Source of the DNA: Alphaproteobacteria bacterium
GTDB taxonomy: Bacteria > Pseudomonadota > Alphaproteobacteria > Rickettsiales > JADKJE01
DNA: 64,000 nucleotides
Reading direction: 5' to 3'
Assembly (NCBI GenBank): GCA_016722515.1
Contig: JADKJE010000004.1
Span: 7,544 to 71,543, forward strand
Shown here piece after piece: positions 47,217 to 55,357 of this stretch. Both the position numbers and the translations under genes were made by a program. Below the pieces are notes generated by a model. That model saw only the letters and a program-made list of their open reading frames with translations. It ran no database searches and had not been told where the DNA came from. Each line of letters begins with the position of its first letter. The stretch's first letter is position 1.

Positions 47217-47562
47217 TATTTTTTAACGCTTGGTGAAGGCCATGTTCGGCATGGTGAAAAAGAAGCAGTAAGGGCGTGGTGTCGTAACCAATCGCAGCGC
47301 CAATAACCGATAAGGCTTCGATATCGAAGCCAAGCACGAGACCGCCAGCACCCACGCGCAGCTGGTTGGCACCGCGCAGGATCACATCCCACACCGCATG
47401 ACCTTCCTCGGTGATCGCCTGATGCTCAATATAGGGGCAGCGTTCGCCGTTCAGGGTGCTGGCTTCGCCTCGGCTGCAGGGGAGATTTTCTTCCGCGCAC
47501 GACCTGCAGTAGCGCGGCCCGTCGCCGAAGTGCCATTTACAACGGGCCGCAAGCCGTTTCCC
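47161..47562 (-). CDS. -1 frame extension (gpT analogue) reached by programmed frameshift from the chaperone gene
   Basis: The -1 frame is open from the heptamer to 47161 (part of track ORF 47161..47703) and ends inside the tape measure start region. Confidence 0.5.
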   Translation of the reverse strand, partial: GKRLAARCKWHFGDGPRYCRSCAEENLPCSRGEASTLNGERCPYIEHQAITEEGHAVWDVILRGANQLRVGAGGLVLGFDIEALSVIGAAIGYDTTPLLLLFHHAEHGLHQALKNNGDSNHEKCIDPTGGDRG

Positions 47563-47972
47563 TCTGCCTCCAGCAGATCTAACTGGCGCATGTATTTTTT
47601 GCCGAACTCCTGATTCACGAACCAGATGTCCATTAAGTCCGTGATATTCGCAGGGGTCAACTCGGCCAGCTCCTCGCCTCCCGGCTTCATCACATTTTCC
47701 CACGCGATGATGGCATGGGTGGCCAGTGCCGTAATGAGCGCGGTTTCTGATAGCGCATGACGCACCCGATCATTTTCCAGATCGGGCAGATCACTTGCAT
47801 CCGCCCCTGCATCCAGGCGCGCTTTGCGTTCGGCTTGCAGGGCGAGCATGGCGCGCACCGCATCTGACTGCGCCATATGCATAAGCGCGGAGGTGAGCGG
47901 TTTTACCTTCACGCGCGCATCCGCTTGCAGGGCTATCCAGAACGGTTCTTTTTTAAGGTCGAGTTTCAACAT
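47451..47972 (-). CDS. tail assembly chaperone (gpG analogue)
   Basis: 173-aa ORF between the tail tube and tape measure genes. It contains an in-frame slippery heptamer. Confidence 0.65.
   Translation of the reverse strand: MLKLDLKKEPFWIALQADARVKVKPLTSALMHMAQSDAVRAMLALQAERKARLDAGADASDLPDLENDRVRHALSETALITALATHAIIAWENVMKPGGEELAELTPANITDLMDIWFVNQEFGKKYMRQLDLLEAEGNGLRPVVNGTSATGRATAGRARKKISPAAEAKPAP
47556..47562 (-). promoter_or_regulatory. slippery heptamer G GGA AAC (X XXY YYZ) in the zero frame of the chaperone gene
   Basis: Minus strand: gca gaG GGA AAC ggc. I checked the frame against the ORF start at 47972. Lambda G/GT uses G GGA AAG. Confidence 0.6.
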
Positions 47973-47981
47973 AATGGCTCC

Positions 47982-49255
47982 TTATGGGTAGCTGGTGACA
48001 TCGTTTTTAAGCACGGCAGTGACGGATTTTCCGAGCGCATCGTCATAGACCGCCTGCCAGTTGAAGCTGGTCTGCACGCCGCCAGGGCCAGAGATGGGGA
48101 TGCGCGGGCGCGGCAGATACACCTCGTGGAATGTCCATGTGAGGCTGAAGTTATTGCCGTCCAGCCCCGCCAGACGGTAAGCCAGCTCTAGTTCGATGGC
48201 GGTGTTGTTGATGGCATCATCCACCAGCGTGGTATCGGCAAAGCGCACTTCGATACTGCCCGTGGTGGTGATCGTGGTGGGGTCAACCCCATCGATCAGC
48301 CCATCATTACGGATGGTCGGCACACCCTGCATGCCGTTGCTGTAGGTAAATTGCGCGCCCGTCACATTGCCCAGTGCTGCACCGTTGCGTTTGACCGAAC
48401 CGTTAAACTGGCTGAAGGGCTTGTAGATACGGCTTGTCGGTGTGCCGCCTTGCGATGCTACAAAACGCGTCTCTCCCTGCGCCAGAATATTAAGCGTGGC
48501 ATTCGCCGCACCGGAGCGTTGGAAATTCAGTGCCATCGAATTGAGCATGCAGCCCGTATGCACGAAATAAGCAGGCACATTCACATGGCCGATCTCAGCG
48601 GCGAATGATGGTAGTGCCGCTGCGCCACTGACGAACGTGTGGGTAAAGCCGCCGCCTGATAGCGTGGCACCGCTTGCCCACCATTGGGGTTGCCAGAGGC
48701 GAGCGTGAAACTGTTGCCCACCGCACTGAGCGTATCATGCACAATGTTAAGTTTCGTGCCAGCACCGTTGGAATAAGTTGCGGGCGTGATGCTCGCATTC
48801 ACCGAAGCATTGAGATCGGTTGCCAGTTGCGTAAGCGTAGCATTCAGGTTTGCACCGATATTGGTCTGTGTACCCGTCGCGCCCGATACCACGAATGTCC
48901 ACACCACACCGTTAATGGTGATGGTATGACTCGCGCTCGGATTGGCGGTAAAGGTAATATCACCTGTCGCGGCGACACCGGCCGAGGTAGGGTTTCCCAT
49001 CAGCAGCTGTAGCCAGCGACCGAAATCGCGTGCTTCCACCGGCACTACAAAATTACCTTCATCGTTAATTACATCACGAAACGGCGCGCGTGGCTCACGT
49101 CCCTGACCGAGCAATTCGGAGGACAGCAGGTTCTGCTCTGCGCCGATATCGGACGAAACAAATGCAAATTTCTCCCAGTTGCCGGGTGGTTTTACCCCGT
49201 AACTAGCTTCTTTAAGCGCAAGCAGTGTCGCTGCCGAACCATAGGATCGAGCCAT
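47982..49255 (-). pseudogene. major tail tube protein with about 100-aa internal insertion domain, split into 48581..49255 and 47982..48584 by an apparent 1-nt deletion near 48655-48690
   Basis: The second ORF's frame is open upstream and reads ...SGGGFTHTFVSGAAALPSFAAEIGHVNVPAYFVH, which is the conserved H-x-F-x-SG...LPS tube motif. The first ORF drifts into ...VPRYQAAALPTRSSVAQRHYHHSPLRSAM. Confidence 0.7.
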
Positions 49256-49281
49256 ATTAGTCTCCTTGTTGGGTTAAAAAA

Positions 49282-49722
49282 TTAACGAAGCGGACTGGTG
49301 GTATTAAACCGCATCAGCACATTGACGGTGGCGGTACGGATGGCGGGTGCGCCTTCAACCGCTTCCTGCAAAAACTCTGGTGCCTGCGCTTCCATCCATT
49401 CGGCGAGGCCGTTCATGCTGCGGTTATTGTCGATCAGGTTGCCGATGATCATCAGCAGATCATCGAGACTGGTCTGCTGGCTTTGCGCGTAGGCATTGTC
49501 GATCATGATTTCGAGCGTGGCGACCTGCTCGTAAATATAGGTGAGCGGTGAGAGCAACACTTCGGGATCGCCGCTTTCGCCATCACGCAGAACGATGATC
49601 GCGCCGTCCGCTGGCACCTTCATCAGCTTATCAGGGTTACGCAACACCTTGATCCGGCTGCTTTCCAGCGTTTTAAGCTCGGCAAAGAATGCTGCTATGA
49701 TCTGCTCTCTAACGCTCGGCAT
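49282..49722 (-). CDS. phage tail-completion / tail-terminator-like protein (tentative)
   Basis: ATG at 49722 with GGAGA upstream; 146 aa. The call rests on its position just upstream of the tube gene. Confidence 0.4.
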   Translation of the reverse strand: MPSVREQIIAAFFAELKTLESSRIKVLRNPDKLMKVPADGAIIVLRDGESGDPEVLLSPLTYIYEQVATLEIMIDNAYAQSQQTSLDDLLMIIGNLIDNNRSMNGLAEWMEAQAPEFLQEAVEGAPAIRTATVNVLMRFNTTSPLR

Positions 49723-50368
49723 CGTTTGTCTCCGTAAAATTCTGCAAAATGAGTTGGGGGAGTTTGTCGCGCCAGCGCTGCATTGCCCCATCGACATCCA
49801 GCCGTTTCTTGAGCATCACCTGCGGCAGCAGAATGAACATCACCACCGTGGCAAGGCCACGCCCTGTTTTAAGGGCACTCTCCGAGGCTTTGCGGTAGCC
49901 ACCGCGTTTGCCCGTGCCAGCGCGCAGATTATCCACTACCAACAGAGACGGTGCGCCCTTGCGATACACAAAACGCAATCGTCCCAGCGAATGTTCAGGA
50001 AAATTATCCGGGTTAATGCGTTTTCCGCCGACCCCTCGCTTGGGAGCGGCGGCGGTGGGGATGGCAAGAAACATGCCTTTGTCGCTTTTAATAACGGCTC
50101 CTTCGCTGAAGGCGCGAATGATCAGCGGAGCTTTGCTGTAGACCAGCCCCGCAGTGCCAAGCGAAAAGCCACTGGCAGGATAGCGTTTGAACCGCCAGGT
50201 GCGCGCCATTTTTTCACCAAGGCCAGCCCGTAACACCTGCGATTTAAGTTCATCCCTGAGACCCGTTGCGGCTTCCGTAACACCCAGCGTCACAGCTTTT
50301 TCAGCGGCGGCGGCTTCCTGCTTCATGATCTTTTGCAGATCGCCACGGATTGCCGCTTCCAGCCTCAT
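49709..50368 (-). CDS. phage neck / head-tail connector protein (hypothetical)
   Basis: 219-aa ORF in the head-tail joining region. Confidence 0.4.
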   Translation of the reverse strand: MRLEAAIRGDLQKIMKQEAAAAEKAVTLGVTEAATGLRDELKSQVLRAGLGEKMARTWRFKRYPASGFSLGTAGLVYSKAPLIIRAFSEGAVIKSDKGMFLAIPTAAAPKRGVGGKRINPDNFPEHSLGRLRFVYRKGAPSLLVVDNLRAGTGKRGGYRKASESALKTGRGLATVVMFILLPQVMLKKRLDVDGAMQRWRDKLPQLILQNFTETNDAER

Positions 50369-50670
50369 CGCTTTACTGCCTCCACCGTCCAGATCAGACG
50401 ATGTATGTCGCGCCTCGGTTCACCGATGATGCGATACTCTTCACCCTGATAAATCACCACATCATCGGCCTTCGGATCTGCTACTTCGTTGATCCGCAGA
50501 TCGAACAGCGTGACTTCGCTGCTGATGTCGCTCTGTCTAAGGCCAATGATTTCGTCAGGGCGCTTGGGAATAAGGGTGACGGCACGGTTCATGCCGATGC
50601 GTGGCTGGAATGTTGCCGCCACCCCCAGTTTGGCAAAGAGCGAATCGACGGAGCGGGAAAACGCCGTCAT
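50365..50670 (-). CDS. head-tail joining protein (tentative)
   Basis: 101 aa; the call rests on size and position. Confidence 0.45.
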   Translation of the reverse strand: MTAFSRSVDSLFAKLGVAATFQPRIGMNRAVTLIPKRPDEIIGLRQSDISSEVTLFDLRINEVADPKADDVVIYQGEEYRIIGEPRRDIHRLIWTVEAVKR

Positions 50671-50912
50671 GGTTGTTTTCCGCCATCGACGGGTGGTTTG
50701 CTGTTACCTCCTTCTGCAGGTGGTTTGCTACCCTGCGGCTCTTTTGTTTCCTTCTCCGCAGATTTATCCGATTTTCCAACCCTCACGGCGATACCGCGTG
50801 CGATAAGGTCTTTGGCTTCATCGTCATCGATATCGACCGGCGCACCAGGAGGCACTTCCTCCGTTTTTCCGGCTTTACCAACAACAAGTGTCGTGTGTGA
50901 TGTGATTTTCAT
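50667..50912 (-). CDS. small hypothetical phage protein with Lys/Pro/Glu-rich tail
   Basis: 81-aa ORF directly after the capsid gene. Confidence 0.35.
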   Translation of the reverse strand: MKITSHTTLVVGKAGKTEEVPPGAPVDIDDDEAKDLIARGIAVRVGKSDKSAEKETKEPQGSKPPAEGGNSKPPVDGGKQP

Positions 50913-50924
50913 GAGTGTCCTCCA

Positions 50925-51962
50925 TTAATTGACGGTTGCACAGAAGCAGGCATTCGGGCGATACGGCACGACAAGTGGTGCCGACTGCAAAAGCAGCCAA
51001 CGCACTGCAGGGTCTTCTTCCAGCCATGATTTACTGAAATAACGCTGTGCGCGGTATGCCGCTTTTTCGTCCTGAATCACGCCGTAGCAGCGTGTTCCTT
51101 CCACATTGACGGGGCTGCCCACAATCACCGTGTTGGTGGGAAGCATCGGTACGGTGTTGCCCAGATCATCGGTATAGACATCGTTGTAAATCCAGATGTC
51201 AAAATCACCGATGGTGCCGATGAAACGCGCCTTCTCATTACCTTGGCCACGCACTAGCGGATCTACCTGGAAAGCCGAATTGGTGCCACGGTAGATGGTG
51301 AGCAACGCTTTCACATCGTCGCTGTTTCGGAACAGTCGCCATGCGGCAGGGTCCATGATCACCGTTTTGGCTGCTGCGCCAGACTTGGTTTGCACAAGGC
51401 TTGCCCAATCCTCCAGATTATCCAGAGGCTTGATTCCAGCCTGACCCCAGCGGTTTACGCCCGTGAGTGTCACTGTGAGTGCCGCATCGCGCTGAAAATT
51501 CACCACCACGGTCGGGTAGTTATCTCCAGAAACGGTCACTTGTCCCAGCCTCAGTGCTTCAGAAGCCATCACTTCCTCTCGGCGTGTGAGATTTTCCAGC
51601 TGGTTGGTCAGCGAGCGATTCAGTGCCGCATCCCGTCGCTGTTGGGGCGTGAGCGTGCCACCGATTCTTTCTCCGATAGTGCGTTTGAGGGGAGCGCTGG
51701 GGTCAAAGCGGCGCTTATCCTTGGCATAGGCTGGCTTGAAACTTTTGGTTTCATAGCCCGAATCAGCGACGACTTTACCCGCAACCAGCGGTGACACAAA
51801 CGGCGTGAGGCGCGGTTTCGATTTATCGATATCGAAGAAAATTTCTTCGGTATCGGCGGTTTGCACCTGCCCGAAAAATGTATCGAGCAGGAATGAGGCT
51901 GGACGGTCGAGATATTCGACGGTCTTGTTCAGCACTTGCGTAGAAAAAATATCGACAGGCAT
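50925..51962 (-). CDS. major capsid protein, lambda gpE family
   Basis: 345 aa; MPVDIFSTQVLNKTVEYLDRPASFLLDTFF...FFDIDKSKPRLTPFVSPLVAGKVV is typical of gpE-like capsids. Confidence 0.9.
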   Translation of the reverse strand: MPVDIFSTQVLNKTVEYLDRPASFLLDTFFGQVQTADTEEIFFDIDKSKPRLTPFVSPLVAGKVVADSGYETKSFKPAYAKDKRRFDPSAPLKRTIGERIGGTLTPQQRRDAALNRSLTNQLENLTRREEVMASEALRLGQVTVSGDNYPTVVVNFQRDAALTVTLTGVNRWGQAGIKPLDNLEDWASLVQTKSGAAAKTVIMDPAAWRLFRNSDDVKALLTIYRGTNSAFQVDPLVRGQGNEKARFIGTIGDFDIWIYNDVYTDDLGNTVPMLPTNTVIVGSPVNVEGTRCYGVIQDEKAAYRAQRYFSKSWLEEDPAVRWLLLQSAPLVVPYRPNACFCATVN

Positions 51963-51964
51963 GG

Positions 51965-52339
51965 TTAAGCTCCTTGGTTTTTGGTTAAGAAGATGGATTT
52001 ATTCCGCAGGCCAAGTGAGATGGAGGCTGCGGTGTGGCCAGCGCCAAGCGTCAGAGCGAGTTCATTGAACTCACCCGACAGGTAAACAATCGCTTCCTTG
52101 TCTCCTCCAGAGGCATCGGTATCTTCTCCGAGAATAGCCTCCGGCGTTTGCGATCCATCCACCGCCGCTGAGGCGCTGAGGATATATTTTCCGCTGGCGG
52201 TGATGCGCCCCAATACCGCTCCACGTAAAAGATTGGCTGGGGTTGCGATGGTTACCTTGCGTGCAACGCGTGGAAACTCACCGGCGATTAGATTGTCAGG
52301 GGTATAAGTGCCCTGATTGGTAAAGCCTGATACTGGCAT
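51965..52339 (-). CDS. head decoration protein, lambda gpD family
   Basis: This is the C-terminal 124 aa of track ORF 51965..52687. ATG at 52339 preceded by AGGAG: MPVSGFTNQGTYTPDNLIAGEFP...IVYLSGEFN. Confidence 0.8.
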   Translation of the reverse strand: MPVSGFTNQGTYTPDNLIAGEFPRVARKVTIATPANLLRGAVLGRITASGKYILSASAAVDGSQTPEAILGEDTDASGGDKEAIVYLSGEFNELALTLGAGHTAASISLGLRNKSIFLTKNQGA

Positions 52340-52403
52340 AGCGTTATCTCCTTTGGGTTCTAGGGTTGGGTTATCAATGGATTGCAGGTCATAAGGGGTT
52401 GGT

Positions 52404-53612
52404 TCATGAAGCCGCAGCGAGGCGTTTAGCCACGCTGTCGATGGAGTCTTCCTCGGCTTCGGCACTTGCTGGAGTGATTTTCGGATTGCCGAGATCGCGC
52501 ATGGCCGCATCGAAGCCGTTGGTTTTTGGTTCGGGTTGAATTTTTGGTGCCTTAGCGAGCATTGCGACCGCGCTATCCGCTGCCATATCGGTGGCAAAGG
52601 ATAGGTGCTGGGCGAGATCGCCACGATCCTTGGCTTCCTCGGATGCAAGGATGGTCTGGATGCGTGATCGTTCAGATGCCCTCGCATCGCTTTGCACTTG
52701 CGCGAGCAATTCAGGATGTTCTTGGGCGAGTGTTTCTAAATTCATGGCGGTCTCCTTCTGTTGAGTGGTTGCGGGTAATAAAAAACCCCGCTGGAGGGCG
52801 GGGTTTGAACTGGCGGAAAATTCCGCGATCAGTTTTTCGAGAGAGCCAATGCGGTCGGCAAGACCAGCATTCACGGCGTGCGCGCCGATCAAGATGTCGC
52901 CGCCACCGAACTGCTCTAACACTTGCGTAGCTTCAATGCCGCGATTGCGCGCGAGGGTGTTCACAAATACTTCCGCCATCGCGTCGATGCGCGTCTGTAG
53001 CTTGGCACGGCCTTCATCACTTTCGGGGTTGAGGCGCTTAAACGGGCTTTGTGAAGAGACAATTTCGATGGTGGTGGGCGCATTTTTATCGGGTTTGGCA
53101 CCGCGATACACCGCCACTACGCCGATAGAGCCGAGGCCGGAGGTTTCGGAGGCGACTACCTGATCGGCAGCGCTGGCAATCCAGTACGCACCCGACGCAG
53201 CATCACCGGAGGCATAAGCGATGATCGGTTTTTTGCCGCGTGCCGCAAAAATCATATTGGCCAGTTCCGAGCAGCCATTTACCTCACCACCAGGAGAGTC
53301 AATATTAAGAATGATGGCATTGATGTCGGGGTTTTCGATGGCGGCGGTAAAATCCTGCGCCAGTATTTCATAGGAGGTGGCACCGCTGATGGCTGTGAAC
53401 AAATTGGCGTAGCGAAAGAGCGGGCCGGTGACGGGAATGACCGCCACACCATCACGTTCGGTCACGGTATGGGTGTTTTGCAATTCTTTTCCCAGCCGCG
53501 CCGCCACCGCTTCGGGTTTTTCATTTTCGCGCTCGGCGATTTCTAAAATCGTCTGCAAGGCTGATTCCGTGATTGCCCACGGTTCACTGGTCGCTTTGTT
53601 CCATGCTCGCAT
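52404..53612 (-). CDS. prohead protease / scaffold, S49 (gpC-like)
   Basis: ATG at 53612 with GGAGG 6 nt upstream. SppA-type motifs IDSPGGEVNG and ASGAYWIASAAD; Ala/Glu-rich scaffold-like C-terminus. Confidence 0.85.
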   Translation of the reverse strand: MRAWNKATSEPWAITESALQTILEIAERENEKPEAVAARLGKELQNTHTVTERDGVAVIPVTGPLFRYANLFTAISGATSYEILAQDFTAAIENPDINAIILNIDSPGGEVNGCSELANMIFAARGKKPIIAYASGDAASGAYWIASAADQVVASETSGLGSIGVVAVYRGAKPDKNAPTTIEIVSSQSPFKRLNPESDEGRAKLQTRIDAMAEVFVNTLARNRGIEATQVLEQFGGGDILIGAHAVNAGLADRIGSLEKLIAEFSASSNPALQRGFLLPATTQQKETAMNLETLAQEHPELLAQVQSDARASERSRIQTILASEEAKDRGDLAQHLSFATDMAADSAVAMLAKAPKIQPEPKTNGFDAAMRDLGNPKITPASAEAEEDSIDSVAKRLAAAS

Positions 53613-55122
53613 TGTCATCCTCCTGATTATTGCTGTTGTCATTTCCACTATCTTTGCCTTGGCCTGGGAGCGATTTAACCGCAATGCTGGGGGTCAAATC
53701 ACCCAACCCAAGCTCCTGCATCTTGGCTTTTTCGCGCGCACGCTGCTCCAGCACTTCTTCCCAATCAAGCCCCTGCATAGCGCATTCATCTTCGAGGGTG
53801 GAAAGACCAGCCTCCATGCGGATTTGTGAGGCTTGCGCTTCTTTGACCGGGTCAACCCAGCCGCGACCGGGACCAATCCATTTGCAGCGCGACCATGCGG
53901 CACGGTTGATGTAAAAATCTGGCGCCTCGATCTTGCTGCTATTAATCGCTTCTTCCAGCCACAGCTCATACACGGGCTTCGCCCAATAGGTGGCGAGCCA
54001 CTGCCTGCGGCCTGAGAAAAACCGCCATGCTTCGAGCAATGCGGCGCGGGCACTCGAATAATTTGTCTTTGAAAAATCCTTCATTAGAAGTTCGAAGGGC
54101 AGATTGAGGCCTGTCCCAATATGACGTAGGATATTCTCGACAAACGCACCGTAAGCAGAATTCGGGCGGCTCGGCGTAAACGGCGACAGCTTGTCACCAG
54201 GGAATGTGGTGATGATGGAGCCTCCCGCGAGCTTGGCCTTCCATTCTTTGCGCTTTGTGTCGTAATCCTCGTAACTGCCACCAAACATTTCAACCACGGT
54301 TTCTGCATCGAGCGGCGTTTCGATAAAGGCCGCGATCATGGCGTTTACTACCGCCGCTTGCAGCTCCGAACGTTCATAATGATCGAGCATTTTAAACATC
54401 GGCATGACAGAGGTGAGTGCGGGCTTGCCACGGTTCTGGCCACTGCGCTCCTTATCATGGATATGCAGCACACGCCTGCGACCGAACGGGGTGCGCGAGG
54501 GAACGCGCTGCCATTCATCTGCTGAAGATGCAAACGGCATAAACACATCGCCAGGATGGGTTTTTCGAATATGGTACGCCAGCGGCGCGCCGTAATCATC
54601 GATCTCAATTCCTGCGCGGAGTGTTTTATCGTCTGGCTTGCCGCCCGGATTACTCAGGCGATCCGGTTCCACCAGCTGAATCGTGGTCGCAAATGCACCA
54701 CCACGTTCTGGCAGCCAGAGCGGTAAGGCCAATGCCTCGCCATTGATAAAACCGGAGCGGAACACCTGCGTAGTCAGCCCCGCAAAATTGAGTGACAAAG
54801 CCGCATCGCACTCAAACCCTTCCGCCCATCCGCGCCAGAGGGATTCAACATCACGCGCCCAATCATCCGCCCATTCTTTGGTATTTCCAAGTGCGCGGTA
54901 ATCAGGCAAGGCCACCAGCCTGAGTCCCGTGCCGACAACATTATCCACCATCGTCTGTGCCGCGCCCGCTGCCACGCCGTGGTTACGGATGAGATCACGC
55001 GAACGACCCACCAGCGTGGGTAATTCACCCAGCAGATCACCATCCGCCGAGCCGTTACCAGGCAGCCAGCTGGAGAGTTCGCGCGCAGTTAGCGATGCGG
55101 CACGATGTGAAGTATCACTCAT
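53584..55122 (-). CDS. portal protein, lambda family
   Basis: 512-aa ORF between gpW and the protease. Sequence character matches the lambda gpB-type portal. Confidence 0.9.
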   Translation of the reverse strand: MSDTSHRAASLTARELSSWLPGNGSADGDLLGELPTLVGRSRDLIRNHGVAAGAAQTMVDNVVGTGLRLVALPDYRALGNTKEWADDWARDVESLWRGWAEGFECDAALSLNFAGLTTQVFRSGFINGEALALPLWLPERGGAFATTIQLVEPDRLSNPGGKPDDKTLRAGIEIDDYGAPLAYHIRKTHPGDVFMPFASSADEWQRVPSRTPFGRRRVLHIHDKERSGQNRGKPALTSVMPMFKMLDHYERSELQAAVVNAMIAAFIETPLDAETVVEMFGGSYEDYDTKRKEWKAKLAGGSIITTFPGDKLSPFTPSRPNSAYGAFVENILRHIGTGLNLPFELLMKDFSKTNYSSARAALLEAWRFFSGRRQWLATYWAKPVYELWLEEAINSSKIEAPDFYINRAAWSRCKWIGPGRGWVDPVKEAQASQIRMEAGLSTLEDECAMQGLDWEEVLEQRAREKAKMQELGLGDLTPSIAVKSLPGQGKDSGNDNSNNQEDDNASMEQSDQ

Positions 55123-55348
55123 CGAATACCACCTTGATCACGCCACGACGCGCGGTACCGCTTAAGCGGGCGATCTGGCTTTTGAGTTTTTCGATATATT
55201 GTTCGAGCTTTTCGGCATTGGCCTGCGCGTAGGTAGTGGAGCCATAATTTCCTATCGACACGCTCACTTCTTTCGCGCCCATCATCAGCTGGTGCTGTGC
55301 TTCTTCCGCTTCTGCAAGGCGGGTTTGCAACGTGGTAAGATCGGTCAT
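55115..55348 (-). CDS. head-tail joining protein gpW
   Basis: 77 aa; MTDLTTLQTRLAEAEEAQHQLMMG...; located between terminase and portal, as in lambda. Confidence 0.75.
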   Translation of the reverse strand: MTDLTTLQTRLAEAEEAQHQLMMGAKEVSVSIGNYGSTTYAQANAEKLEQYIEKLKSQIARLSGTARRGVIKVVFDE

Positions 55349-55357
55349 AGTGAATCC

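Noticed and set aside
47595-47600. A6 run (ggc aaa aaa tac) as the chaperone frameshift site
   Set aside because: It is not in X XXY YYZ register. The in-register GGGAAAC at 47556-47562 is a better candidate.
51965-52687. 240-aa version of the decoration-protein ORF
   Set aside because: The N-terminal 116 aa overlap the protease gene in another frame and look non-coding. The gpD-like sequence starts at the ATG at 52339, which has an AGGAG RBS.
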